Below, in pieces: positions 42,577 through 52,186 of a DNA stretch of 64,000 nucleotides. This DNA is from an uncultured Deinococcaceae bacterium (GTDB lineage Bacteria; Deinococcota; Deinococci; Deinococcales; Deinococcaceae). The stretch is from positions 22,701 through 86,700 of the forward strand of contig CAXULY010000024.1 in assembly GCA_964252075.1 (NCBI GenBank), read 5' to 3'. The position numbers and the translations under genes were made by a program. Position 1 is the stretch's first letter; each line of letters starts with the position of its first letter. Below the pieces are notes generated by a model, which saw only the letters and a list, made by a program, of their open reading frames with translations, did not search any database and was not told where the DNA came from.

Positions 42577-42937
42577 ACGCGCCGTTCACGTTTTCGTTCG
42601 GCGGGTAGGAAGGCTGCGGGAAGCGCAGGCAAGGCATCCGATAGTCGGCCCTTGAGGGAGTTTGGCCTATACAGGCCGGACAAGCAGCCGATTTTTCCCA
42701 ATATTCATGATCTTACGTCGGGTGGGCGCAGCCTTGGGCTCAGGTCGTCAGCATAATTCTCAAAGTAGCTTGTGGGCAGAGCCAGTCAGCAGAGATGCGA
42801 ATTGTAATCGTAATGTGGTGACTTGAGAGTGTATTTGAAGACGCTGCGTGAAACGGGTTTCGGCGGTGGAGCGTCAAAATGAGTGCACCCTGCCCGAGGG
42901 ACTCAAGTAATGCCGTGTAGTCGACCGTAGAGTCCAT

Positions 42938-43190
42938 TGGACTGAACCCCAACGAGCGGACCAGGAGGCAGGGCACTTCGCCCGTGTCAGCCGTAAGCTG
43001 ACCGAACCGAAGGAGCCTGTATGCCTGGACGCACCCATAGCCGCGAGTTCAAGCTGGAGATCGTTCACCAGGTGGACAGCGGCCAGCAGACCACCGCGCA
43101 GCTCAGCTGACAACACCACCTCTCGCCCAGCCTAATTCACCGTTGGCGTCGAAGCCCGTGGGGATGTGGTCTTCACGGACCACTTCATGA
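42938..43190 (+). mobile_element. IS3-family remnant (left end plus truncated orfA)
   Basis: TGGACTGAACCCC end; MPGRTHSREFKLEIV..., in-frame TGA at 43108, then SLIHRWR. Confidence 0.75.
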
Positions 43191-43320
43191 CGAGGGGCGA
43201 CGCGTCGATCCTCAGGGTCGTCCACTCGTATTCGGCAGTGAGCTCGCCGAGGCGGCGGGCGGCGTCGGCGAGTTCCGGCAGGTTGCCAGCGCCCTGCCAC
43301 TGCGGAAACACGAGGTACAT
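43190..43320 (-). pseudogene. Arginase-family N-terminal fragment
   Basis: YLVFPQWQGAG motif; cut where it meets the IS3 remnant. Confidence 0.45.
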
Positions 43321-43661
43321 GGCGCCGTTGTACCACCGGAGCTCGGAGGGGTTGGACAGGCTGGTGTTGCCTTAGGCCGTACCCGACGCCCGCCCCCTCA
43401 CTCCTGGTGAGTCGACAGACCTTTCCTGGCAGCCCACCAAGGTCTGTGCGACTGCACCTGAGATAGAGGCTGGGCGCCCTGCTGGAGAGGATTCTGTGCT
43501 CACAATTGGGTACGAATTCGCTTGATAAATACCCTGAAAACGGCAGTCATTGTTCAGCCGCACAGACTCTAGATGCTGCCAAAGGACATCAGCAATTTCG
43601 TGGCGACACAGCGGCACAAGAGAACCACGACGAATGAGCCTTCACCCCTAGCCTGTGCGTG

Positions 43662-44189
43662 CTAGGCCAGAAGCGCCGACAGCCGAATGGTCATGGCTTG
43701 CCTACTTACTTGAAACCGTTGCGCGAGGTCTGCGACGAGTCGCTCGAAGGCGTCGTCGTTGTCCTCCGGCGCGTACTGGAGAATCGATGAGCGGGTGGCA
43801 GACAGCACAAGTGCGCGCGGCATGAGGAGTTCAGCTGCGAACTGGTTCGCTTCGATCTCCTCGGCGGCGCTGCCTTCGGATGACCGCCAATCGCGGAACT
43901 TGAACGTCCGGTCGGCATGCGCGCCCGTGTAGCTGTGCAGGATCAGGTGTCCGAGCTCGTGCGCGACAGTGAAGCGCCTGCGGACTATGCTGTGGTCCGC
44001 GTTTACCAAGATCACCCAGCCGGCGCCCTCAACGGGGATAAGGGCGCCGCTCAGGTCGGTGCCGAGAGATTTTTCGACCACGTCGGCGTACTGCCGTGCG
44101 AGCGCGTATACATCAACGCCCTCTTCGAGCGCTCCGTGTTCTCGCAGCAACTTCTCGGCTGCTTGGTGCGCTTTCTGAACCCGCCGCAT
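43662..44189 (-). CDS. ImmA/IrrE-family metallo-endopeptidase (CapP-like)
   Basis: RRRFTVAHELGHLILH (HEXXH); EIEANQFAAELLMP. Confidence 0.92.
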   Translation of the reverse strand: MRRVQKAHQAAEKLLREHGALEEGVDVYALARQYADVVEKSLGTDLSGALIPVEGAGWVILVNADHSIVRRRFTVAHELGHLILHSYTGAHADRTFKFRDWRSSEGSAAEEIEANQFAAELLMPRALVLSATRSSILQYAPEDNDDAFERLVADLAQRFQVSRQAMTIRLSALLA

Positions 44190-44190
44190 C

Positions 44191-44568
44191 TCAGTCGTCC
44201 GTGCCGTCGTGACGTCGGTCGGATGCGAGTTGCAAAATGACGTCGCGCAACCCAAGGACGGCTTCGGGGGTGAGGGGGTCGTCGGCGGCGGCGTGCACGG
44301 TGGCTTCATCTTGCACGATGGTCTCCACGGGTGGCAAGAGGTCGCGGATGTCTACGCGGAGGATGGCGGCGGCGCGATAGAGCTGATCGACGAAAATTCG
44401 TTGGGCGCCACGCTCGATGTTGCTCATAGTAGTGCGTGAAAGCCCCATGGCTTCCGCGAAAGCGTCTTGCTTCCACCCGCACCGACGGCGCGTGTGCTGA
44501 AGTTGCTGTCCAACGTGTCGCACGATGGATCGCTCGCGCGCTTCATGTAAGGAGGAATCGGTGGTCAT
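44191..44568 (-). CDS. XRE-family HTH regulator (CapH-like)
   Basis: QDAFAEAMGLSRTTMSNIERG; divergent from the CBASS operon. Confidence 0.9.
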   Translation of the reverse strand: MTTDSSLHEARERSIVRHVGQQLQHTRRRCGWKQDAFAEAMGLSRTTMSNIERGAQRIFVDQLYRAAAILRVDIRDLLPPVETIVQDEATVHAAADDPLTPEAVLGLRDVILQLASDRRHDGTDD

Positions 44569-44703
44569 CTCATCTATGTTAAGTCTCGCTTGAAGCTTTT
44601 AAAGCTTGAATCTAGACTGACTCTGCTTTAAGGTTGAGCTCGAGACAATCGGCCCATCTGCCCGTGACCACCTTCGCTGCCCGGCCCCAAGGAGCTTTAC
44701 AGC
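44569..44703. promoter_or_regulatory. Divergent promoter region with a palindromic operator
   Basis: AT-rich intergenic stretch; aagcttt-t-aaagctt at 44593-44607; RBS aaggag before 44704. Confidence 0.6.
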
Positions 44704-45678
44704 ATGGACCCGTCGCCTGTCACCTTCCAACTCCTCGCCCTCGATGGCGGCGGTGTTCGCGGGCTGTTCACGGCCGCGGTTCTTGCCCACCTCGAAGACG
44801 ACCTCGGCGTTCAGGTAACGGACCATTTCGACCTGCTGGCGGGCACGAGCACAGGCGGCATCATCGCCCTGGCGCTCTCGTTCGGCCTGCGCCCCGCCGA
44901 CCTGGTCGACTTTTACGTCTCGCGCGCGCGGACCATCTTTCGCCGCACCTGGCCGCGCCTTCCATTTGCCGAACACCTGCGGCACCTGCGGCGGGCGAAG
45001 TACGACAACACGGCGCTCGAAGCGGCGCTGCGCGACGTGTTTGGCGAGGCCCTCATGCGAGAGTGCCGGGTCCCCGTCGTCGTGCCCACCTATAACCTCA
45101 GTGGGGATGGCGTGCGTCTGTTCAAGACCCCGCACCACGATCGCCTCACGCGCGACTGGAAGATTCCGATCTGGCAGGTCGCACTCGCCACCAGCGCCGC
45201 CCCCACGTACCTGCCCGCCAGCACGGCCACGGACCACCAACGCCTCGTGGATGGCGGTATGTGGGCCAACAACCCCGTCCTTGTGGGCGTCGCTGAAGCG
45301 GTCGGCCTGCTCGGCGCCCCTCTAAGCGGCATTCAAGCCCTCAGCCTGGGCACCGTCGCGCAAATCGGCCACCGGGCGGCCTCGCTCGACCGAGGTGGTC
45401 TGTGGGCCTGGAAGCGCGACGCCACCGACGTGATGCTCCGCGCACAAAGCAGCGGCGCACACGGGCTGGCCCAACTCCTCCTCGGCCACGGACGCGTGCA
45501 CCGTCTTGACGCGCTCGTCCCGCCCGGCGTCCTCTGCCTCGACCGCCTCGACGCGCCCCGCCTGCAGGCCCTCGCGGCCGAGACGAGCCAGAAGTTCGCG
45601 CCGACCTTCCGGACCCACTTCTCACCTCATCGCCCACTGCCGTACACGCCCCGCTTCGCCTCGGAGGTGCCTGCGTGA
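44704..45678 (+). CDS. capV: CBASS patatin-like phospholipase effector (CapV/CapE-like)
   Basis: DGGGVRG, GTSTG and DGG catalytic motifs; TSAAPTY; adjacent to a CD-NTase. Confidence 0.9.
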   Translation: MDPSPVTFQLLALDGGGVRGLFTAAVLAHLEDDLGVQVTDHFDLLAGTSTGGIIALALSFGLRPADLVDFYVSRARTIFRRTWPRLPFAEHLRHLRRAKYDNTALEAALRDVFGEALMRECRVPVVVPTYNLSGDGVRLFKTPHHDRLTRDWKIPIWQVALATSAAPTYLPASTATDHQRLVDGGMWANNPVLVGVAEAVGLLGAPLSGIQALSLGTVAQIGHRAASLDRGGLWAWKRDATDVMLRAQSSGAHGLAQLLLGHGRVHRLDALVPPGVLCLDRLDAPRLQALAAETSQKFAPTFRTHFSPHRPLPYTPRFASEVPA

Positions 45679-46829
45679 CCCTGCTCGTTCCCGCCCTTGA
45701 CCGTGGCTCGGCGTACGAAGCCATTGCCCGTCAACTCGACATCCCCCCCGGGCTCGCCGAGCGCGCCCGGACCGAGTATCAGCAGCTTGGCGAGTACCTG
45801 TGCCAGGACCCGGCGCTGCGGGCCTTCTTGCCGTACGTGTACCCGCAGGGATCCTTTCGGCTCGGCACGACCATCAAACCTGTCAACGACCGGGATGACT
45901 ACGACATCGATGGCGTGTGCCGCCTTTGGCTGCTCAAGGTGCACCTCACGCAGAAGCAGCTCAAAGCCCTCGTGGGAGACGCCCTCAAGCGCTCGCCCCG
46001 CTACCGCGCCTTGCTGTCCGAGGGACGGCGGTGCTGGACACTGACCTTCCCGGACGGTTTCCACATCGACATCCTGCCCAGCATTCCCGACCCCGACCGG
46101 TCGCCCAATGGCCTCCTCATCACGGACCGCGAACTGTTCCGCTGGCAGACCAGCAACCCCGTCGATTATGGCGAATGGTTCAAGGTCCGCCAGACTGTTC
46201 AGTTCGAGCGGGAGCGGCGCGAGGTCGCCAAAGCGATGGGCGCGCAGATCGATGACGTGCCTGATCACCTCGTTCGCACCCCGCTGCAGCGCGCCGTACA
46301 GCTGCTCAAGCGCCACCGGGACATCATGTTCCAGGCGCGACCCGACGATAAGCCCATCTCCATCATCGTCACGACACTCGCCGCCCATGCCTACGACAAC
46401 AGCGCGAACGTGGAGGGTGCCGTCCGGGGCATCGTGGAGCGGATGCCGAGCTTCATCGAGCGGGTGGACGGGGTCGCCTGGGTGCGCAACCCCACCAATG
46501 AGCGCGAGAATTTCGCCGACCGCTGGCAGCCGTACCCGGAACGCGAACGCGCCTTCTACACGTGGCACGCCCGCCTGAGCGCCAACGTCGATCAGGTGTT
46601 CAAGTCCGCCGGGGGGCAGGAGCTGTTTTCCGACCTTGCCGTGCAGTTCGGGCGCGGTGTCACGGAGCGTGCCCTTCGGGAACTTGGCGACGCCACGCGC
46701 ACAGCGCGAGAGGCTGGCCGCCTCGCCATGGCCTTCGGCGCGGGCACCCTGACGACAGGCCCGACCCTTGCGAGCGCGTCCCGCGTGCCAAACCACACCT
46801 TCCATGGCGGCGATGAACGGGAACGCTAA
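45675..46829 (+). CDS. CBASS cGAS/DncV-like nucleotidyltransferase (CD-NTase 1)
   Basis: YPQGSFRLGT, DYDID, HIDILP, SNP..Y..WF, KPISIIVTTLAA, NP...ENFADRW; C-terminal FHGGDERER. Confidence 0.93.
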   Translation: MTLLVPALDRGSAYEAIARQLDIPPGLAERARTEYQQLGEYLCQDPALRAFLPYVYPQGSFRLGTTIKPVNDRDDYDIDGVCRLWLLKVHLTQKQLKALVGDALKRSPRYRALLSEGRRCWTLTFPDGFHIDILPSIPDPDRSPNGLLITDRELFRWQTSNPVDYGEWFKVRQTVQFERERREVAKAMGAQIDDVPDHLVRTPLQRAVQLLKRHRDIMFQARPDDKPISIIVTTLAAHAYDNSANVEGAVRGIVERMPSFIERVDGVAWVRNPTNERENFADRWQPYPERERAFYTWHARLSANVDQVFKSAGGQELFSDLAVQFGRGVTERALRELGDATRTAREAGRLAMAFGAGTLTTGPTLASASRVPNHTFHGGDERER

Positions 46830-47223
46830 GCCTCTGGGCGCTTTGCGCCAACTGCTCCGGCTGCGGTCGGCCTTTCCCGAAGCGTCCGGTCGGGTGCGCC
46901 GCGACGAGTTGCGGTGGCGCGCCCAGCTTCATCCAGGCGAGCTGTGCCGGCCATTCGTCATCGAAGTGCGGTACCACCCGTCGAAGCCCCCGTCCGTTCG
47001 GGTGCTCGAACCGGCCCTCGAAACCCGGAATGGCGAGCCGCCCCCCCACCGCTACCGCGACGGCTCCTTGTGCCTGTATTACCCCCGGTACCGAGAGTGG
47101 AGCCACGCGATGTGGCTGCTTGAGACCACCGTTCCTTGGACCTCGGAGTGGTTATGGCATTACGAGCTGTGGTTGATGACGGGCCGCTGGCACGGGGGCG
47201 GCACACACGGGACGCCCGGCTGA
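46813..47223 (+). CDS. Stand-alone E2-like enzyme (short type II CBASS)
   Basis: P.VRVLEPAL...PHRYRDGSLCLY...W...TVPWTSEWLWHYELW. Confidence 0.82.
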   Translation: MNGNAKPLGALRQLLRLRSAFPEASGRVRRDELRWRAQLHPGELCRPFVIEVRYHPSKPPSVRVLEPALETRNGEPPPHRYRDGSLCLYYPRYREWSHAMWLLETTVPWTSEWLWHYELWLMTGRWHGGGTHGTPG

Positions 47224-47273
47224 ATGGGCGGTAGGTCATACGATCCCGAACACCCGAAAGCGAGGACAACAGC

Positions 47274-48341
47274 ATGGCGGACGTCCAAAAACAGTTCGAG
47301 AAATTCATCAAGACGATCAAGCTGGCCGACGAGGAAGAGACGCTGCGAGAAAAGCGCCAGACCATCATCAATGCCCTGCGTGCCGGCCTCAAGCGCGACT
47401 TCGAGGCCCGCGGCGAAACGCCGCCCGAATTCAAGAACTTCAACCAGGGCAGCTACAGCCTCAAAACCGGCATCAAGCCTGAGGGCGACAGCAACGATTA
47501 CGACATCGACGTCGGCCTCGTGTTCGCTGTCGACCCTCAGGATGAGGCGTTCCGCGACGACCCGGTGAAGCTCAAGCGCTGGGTTCGCGACGCCCTGGAC
47601 GGGCACACGGACGACATCCGCATCAAGACGCCGTGCGTGACGGTCACGTACAAGGCCGGCTATCACGTGGACCTCGCCGTGTACGCTGACCCCGACCGGC
47701 GCATCGACGTCGAGCTGCCCTTGTCGTGGGGCAAAGAGCACGCCGCCACTCAGGAATGGCAGACCAACGACCCGGCGGAACTCGCGCGGCGCATCAAGGC
47801 CGCCTTCCCTGAAAAGGCGGCGCGCGCGCAATTTCGCCGTGTCCTGCGGGCCCTGAAGCGGTGGCGGGACCGGAAGTACAAAAGCGCCACGAGCCACGCG
47901 GCGCCCGTGGGCGTGGGCCTCACCGTCGCCGGGCTCAGCATGTTCCAAGCCCAGATCGACGTGTTCAACGGTGTGGAGAACGATCGTAAGGCCATGGAGT
48001 TCTTTGTGCGCCAATTGCTCGCGCACTTCCGTGACGGCCTCTGGAGCGCCAAAGACGGCGCCCCCGGTCGCCGGTTGAAAGTCGAGGTGCCCTTCGCGCC
48101 CTACAAGGACGTCTTCGAGCGCATCAACAACAACAACATGGGCAAGCTGGAGACTTTCCTCAAGGAGTTGCTCGCGGACCTCGAGGCGGCGGACCGGGCG
48201 GAGACGAACAAGGAAGCTTGCCGGCACATGCGGGATCAGTTCGGAACCGACTTCCCTGAGGGCGAGGACGAGCCTGATGACTCCACCGAGGGTTCCAAGA
48301 GCCACCCCCGGGTGTGGACCCCGCCCCACACCTCGGGCTGA
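47274..48341 (+). CDS. CBASS CD-NTase 2
   Basis: FNQGSYSLKT, DYDIDV, KTPCVTV.Y..GYHVDLAVY; ends in TSG. Confidence 0.93.
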   Translation: MADVQKQFEKFIKTIKLADEEETLREKRQTIINALRAGLKRDFEARGETPPEFKNFNQGSYSLKTGIKPEGDSNDYDIDVGLVFAVDPQDEAFRDDPVKLKRWVRDALDGHTDDIRIKTPCVTVTYKAGYHVDLAVYADPDRRIDVELPLSWGKEHAATQEWQTNDPAELARRIKAAFPEKAARAQFRRVLRALKRWRDRKYKSATSHAAPVGVGLTVAGLSMFQAQIDVFNGVENDRKAMEFFVRQLLAHFRDGLWSAKDGAPGRRLKVEVPFAPYKDVFERINNNNMGKLETFLKELLADLEAADRAETNKEACRHMRDQFGTDFPEGEDEPDDSTEGSKSHPRVWTPPHTSG

Positions 48342-48353
48342 GAGGCGGCCCCC

Positions 48354-50186
48354 TTGGCCACCATCCGACAGCTCAACGCGTGGCTGGACGCCCTGAAGGC
48401 GACCGGCGCCCTCGAGGACGCCCAGGTGAGTGATCTAAGCCCAACGCTCGTCTGGGCTCGCCGGCACGGAGTGGTCGCGCATCTTGTGGGGGGCGCTCAG
48501 GTCCTTGGTCGGGACGTCCGGGTGCGCGTCGGCGTCACCGAGCACTTTCCGGACGACCTGCCATACGTGCAGCTCGTAGACGAGGACCTGCCGAAGCGGG
48601 CCACCGCGCACCTCGAGAGCGACGGCAACGTCTGCTTCACTGCAACCCGTGAGATGGTGTTCGACCCAGAGCGCCCAGTGGAGCTGCTTCAAGAGGCGCT
48701 GGGCGCCGCCCTGGGCACCCTGGCGGCCTCATGGACGGCGCCGGACAACGCCGAACTGCTGGACGAGTTCGCCAGCTACTGGAGTCACGCCCAGCCGAGC
48801 CAGGGGCACCTGCGGGCGCTGCCCCTGTACGCAACCCCCGATGACCGCCTGCGCGAAATGCACGCCTGGCGCTCGGCGGACATCCGGCAGCGGGACGCCC
48901 AGGGGCGGCCCATCCCACCAAAGCCGGGCAAGCAGAACACTGATCCCACCGTCATCGCCGTAGCGGACGACCTCGACGCTCCCAGGGCCTTCGATCAGCT
49001 CAGTCTGCGGGTGTTTGGGGCGCCCGGCTTGACGGTGCTCTACGTGCCCTTGGTCGCCAGCCCGACCCTGCTCCCCCCGGCCCCCGGCCAGCCCTGGTCG
49101 GCAACGGAGTTTCGCCAAGTCGTGCGCGGCCACCTCTTTCCTGCGGACTTGGCCCAGCTGGACGTTTTGCTGGCTGGTCGCCGATCGAGCCGAGACCTGA
49201 TCGTCATGGGGGTCCCGCGTCCCACTGGCGTCGGAGTGGGGCGCCGCGCGGCTGTGGCCGTGCGACTCAGCGGCATGCGGGGCGGGCATGCCCTGCTGCC
49301 GGCGGGCACAGTGGAGGGCGTGCGGCTCGAGATGCAGGACGTTGTGCGGCGGGACCGGCCCTTCCTGATGCAGCGCGGTGGCAGCGACGATCAGCTGGGC
49401 CACCAGAGGGTCCTGCTGCTGGGCTGCGGCGCGCTGGGGGGGCACCTCGCATTCATGTTGGCCGGCGCCGGTATTGGACACCTCACACTGGTGGACCACG
49501 ACCGTTTCAGTCACGACAACGCTTTCCGCCACGTGTTGGGCCGCCGGTTCGTGGGCGAGCCCAAAGCGGAGGGGATGGCGCTCGCCCTGCGCGAGCGCTA
49601 TCCCTACCTGGAAGTGACGCCCGGGTCTGGCTGGACGATGGGGCTCGTGTCCGGCGGCCGGGTGGACCTGCGCGACTTTGACCTGATTGTCGACGCCACC
49701 GGGAACGCGACACACCACCTGGGCCTGGCCAGGCTTTTGCGCGAGCGGCCCGGCCATCCGCCCACGCTGCTGTCCTGGCTCGACGTGCTGGGCTTGGGCG
49801 GGCACGCCGCCACGGTCTTCTCCGGTCAGGCCGGCTGCCCCCGCTGCCTCTACTCGGACCCGCGGGCGCCCCTGTGCAATGTGGCGTCCTTCAGTGCGCC
49901 CGGACAGGAATTGGGGCGGGACGCCCTGGGCTGCGGCAGCTACTTCACGCCTTTCTCTGACCTCGACGCCGTCCGGACGGCGGAGTTCGCGGCGAGGCAT
50001 GCTGTCGCCCTGCTGAACGGCCGGGAGACCCGCAGCGTCGTCTTCTCCTGGAAGGGCGACCCGGGCGCCTTCCGGGCCGCAGGCCACCGACTGGCACAGC
50101 GGTTCGAGGTCGTGCGGCGCAAGCAGCTGCGCGCCGGGATGCCGTACGCCACCCCCAGGTGCACCGGGTGCGGGGGGAGGCCTTGA
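48354..50186 (+). CDS. cap2: Cap2 E2-E1 (ThiF) fusion
   Basis: FPDDLP..AHLESDGNVC (E2); LLGCGALG, VDHD, IVDATG, CPRC, GCGS, CTGC (E1). Confidence 0.9.
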   Translation: MATIRQLNAWLDALKATGALEDAQVSDLSPTLVWARRHGVVAHLVGGAQVLGRDVRVRVGVTEHFPDDLPYVQLVDEDLPKRATAHLESDGNVCFTATREMVFDPERPVELLQEALGAALGTLAASWTAPDNAELLDEFASYWSHAQPSQGHLRALPLYATPDDRLREMHAWRSADIRQRDAQGRPIPPKPGKQNTDPTVIAVADDLDAPRAFDQLSLRVFGAPGLTVLYVPLVASPTLLPPAPGQPWSATEFRQVVRGHLFPADLAQLDVLLAGRRSSRDLIVMGVPRPTGVGVGRRAAVAVRLSGMRGGHALLPAGTVEGVRLEMQDVVRRDRPFLMQRGGSDDQLGHQRVLLLGCGALGGHLAFMLAGAGIGHLTLVDHDRFSHDNAFRHVLGRRFVGEPKAEGMALALRERYPYLEVTPGSGWTMGLVSGGRVDLRDFDLIVDATGNATHHLGLARLLRERPGHPPTLLSWLDVLGLGGHAATVFSGQAGCPRCLYSDPRAPLCNVASFSAPGQELGRDALGCGSYFTPFSDLDAVRTAEFAARHAVALLNGRETRSVVFSWKGDPGAFRAAGHRLAQRFEVVRRKQLRAGMPYATPRCTGCGGRP

Positions 50187-50701
50187 GCTGGACCCTGCCC
50201 CATCTAGCGGGGGGCGTCCTCACCGTGACCGACGCGGTTCTCGAGACGATGTGGGGCTTCGTGCAGCGCCGGTCGCGCGACCCAGAGGCTGGGGGCATGC
50301 TTATCGGGCACCACCCACTCGACTCCGAGGACATCACCCTCGACCGGTTGACCACGCCTCAACCTGAGGACCGGCGCAGCCGATGCCGCTTCCACCGGGA
50401 CCAGGCGGCGCATCAGCAGCTCCTCGACCTTCATTGGATCCTGAGTGGGGGCAAGCGCACCTACCTCGGGGAGTGGCACACGCATCCGGAGGCCCACCCG
50501 TCGCCGTCGAGGTTGGACCTGCGCAGCTGGCGCGTGGCGTTGCGGGACACGGCCTTCCAGGGCCCCGGGCTGCTGTTCGTCATCGTCGGGATCGAGACGG
50601 CCTGCGTCTGGTTCGGGATGGCGCAGGAGCGTCACTTTCACCTGCTGGGGGAGCAGGCTGTCCCGCAGCTTGCTCCCCCAGCGAAAGGAGCCAGGAATTG
50701 A
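50183..50701 (+). CDS. cap3: Cap3 JAB/JAMM isopeptidase
   Basis: EAGG...YLGEWHTHPEAHPSPSRLD; TTGA-coupled to cap2. Confidence 0.92.
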   Translation: MSWTLPHLAGGVLTVTDAVLETMWGFVQRRSRDPEAGGMLIGHHPLDSEDITLDRLTTPQPEDRRSRCRFHRDQAAHQQLLDLHWILSGGKRTYLGEWHTHPEAHPSPSRLDLRSWRVALRDTAFQGPGLLFVIVGIETACVWFGMAQERHFHLLGEQAVPQLAPPAKGARN

Positions 50702-51843
50702 GCTCAGGCCACAGCAACCTCAACGATAAGGACACCAAGTTCCTCTGGGCGGCCGCCGGCGGGCGGTGCCAGATGTGCAACAAGCTGCTAACCGAAAGTG
50801 GGCTGACCTTCAAGGAGCGCAACATCGGGGAGCGGGCCCATATTCACGGTCAGGGCGGCAAGAAGGCTCCACGCCACGACCCGCAGCGCTCGCCAGCGCT
50901 CGCCAGCAGCCTCGAGAACATCATGCTGCTGTGCTTCGACTGCCACCACGAGATCGACGCGGATGAGGCCCGTTACCCGGCGGAAATGCTCAGCGAGATC
51001 AAACGCAAGCAGGAGGAGCGCGTCCGTTACCTAACGTCGCTGCAGCCGAACCGCACCCGCGTCCTGGTGTTGCAGACCCACATTCAGCAGGGGATGCAGG
51101 ACGGCGAACCGATCTACCAGGTCGTGATCCTGCACCAGGAGGACCTGCATAGCGCCATCTTGCCGGACCACTTCCCCGACCAGTCGAGGCCCAGCAAGAT
51201 CAGCTTGAATCTCTCCACGACGGAGTCGCCAAGCCACTGGGAGCAGATCAAGCAGGAGCTGTGGCAGAAGTGGAACAGGCAGGACCTGGACGAGGTGGAG
51301 CACCTGTCGGTGTTCTCCCTGGGGAAGATGCCTGTGGTGGCCTACTTCGGCCGCCTCGTTGGCAACACGCGCAAGCTCAGGACGATGAACGTGCAGCGTG
51401 GCGTTCCAACGCGGTGGAAGAGTGACGATCAGGTGCCGCACGACTTCACGTTCACCGTGACCAGGCTGAACGACGGCGCGGGCCCAATTAGGGACGTGAT
51501 CCTGCTGCTCTCACTGTCTGGGACCATCGAGACGGACACGTACGCAGATGTGGTCCCGGCCGGAGCGGCGGCTTACGAGATTTCGATTCCGCGAGGGCAG
51601 CGTGACCCGGACTGGCTCGTGGCCGAAACGCAGCTCAAGGAGTTCGTGAAGCGCTACAAGCGGCTCGTGAGCGAGATTCAGGAGGCGCACGGCCAGGACG
51701 TCACGATCCACCTGCTTGCGGCGGCACCGACGCCGATCCTCTTCGAAGTCGGGCGACAATACCGGCCCAACCACCACCCGGCATTGCTGATTTACAATTG
51801 CGTCAACAAGCGCTTCAGCCCTGCCTTCGAGCTCGGGAGATGA
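50698..51843 (+). CDS. cap5: HNH-SAVED nuclease effector (Cap5-like)
   Basis: GGRCQMC, AHI, NIMLLCFDCHHEID (HNH); SAVED region LSVFSLGKMP, LSLSG, IHLLAAAP...GR; TTGA-coupled to cap3. Confidence 0.88.
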   Translation: MSSGHSNLNDKDTKFLWAAAGGRCQMCNKLLTESGLTFKERNIGERAHIHGQGGKKAPRHDPQRSPALASSLENIMLLCFDCHHEIDADEARYPAEMLSEIKRKQEERVRYLTSLQPNRTRVLVLQTHIQQGMQDGEPIYQVVILHQEDLHSAILPDHFPDQSRPSKISLNLSTTESPSHWEQIKQELWQKWNRQDLDEVEHLSVFSLGKMPVVAYFGRLVGNTRKLRTMNVQRGVPTRWKSDDQVPHDFTFTVTRLNDGAGPIRDVILLLSLSGTIETDTYADVVPAGAAAYEISIPRGQRDPDWLVAETQLKEFVKRYKRLVSEIQEAHGQDVTIHLLAAAPTPILFEVGRQYRPNHHPALLIYNCVNKRFSPAFELGR

Positions 51844-52097
51844 CCATGGATACGGACCCACAGCGCTTCATCATCATTCGCGAGGCCGATGCGACCGGCA
51901 TCAGCGGAACCGGTCGGGTGTTGGACGGCGTGATCTTCCACACTGGGCAGGTCGTCGTGTGCTGGCGCTCGGCCTTCGGCAGCATCACCATCTTCGAAGA
52001 CTGGGACGCCTTTGACGGCGTGCACCTACGGGCGCATCCGGAAAACCGGGCGCGGGTGATCTTTCTGGACGGCGAAGCTCCGCAGGGCGCCGAGTAG
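51840..52097 (+). CDS. Small conserved-looking hypothetical protein coupled to cap5
   Basis: ATGA overlap; READATGISGTGRVLDGVIFHTGQVVVCW. Confidence 0.7.
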   Translation: MTMDTDPQRFIIIREADATGISGTGRVLDGVIFHTGQVVVCWRSAFGSITIFEDWDAFDGVHLRAHPENRARVIFLDGEAPQGAE

Positions 52098-52186
52098 GGC
52101 TGCGCCGCGAACAAGAGGGTACGACGGCGTCAAGAAAATCAGCGGGCAGAGACGACACCTGCTGGGCTTGTCGTTGTTCGTCGTGG

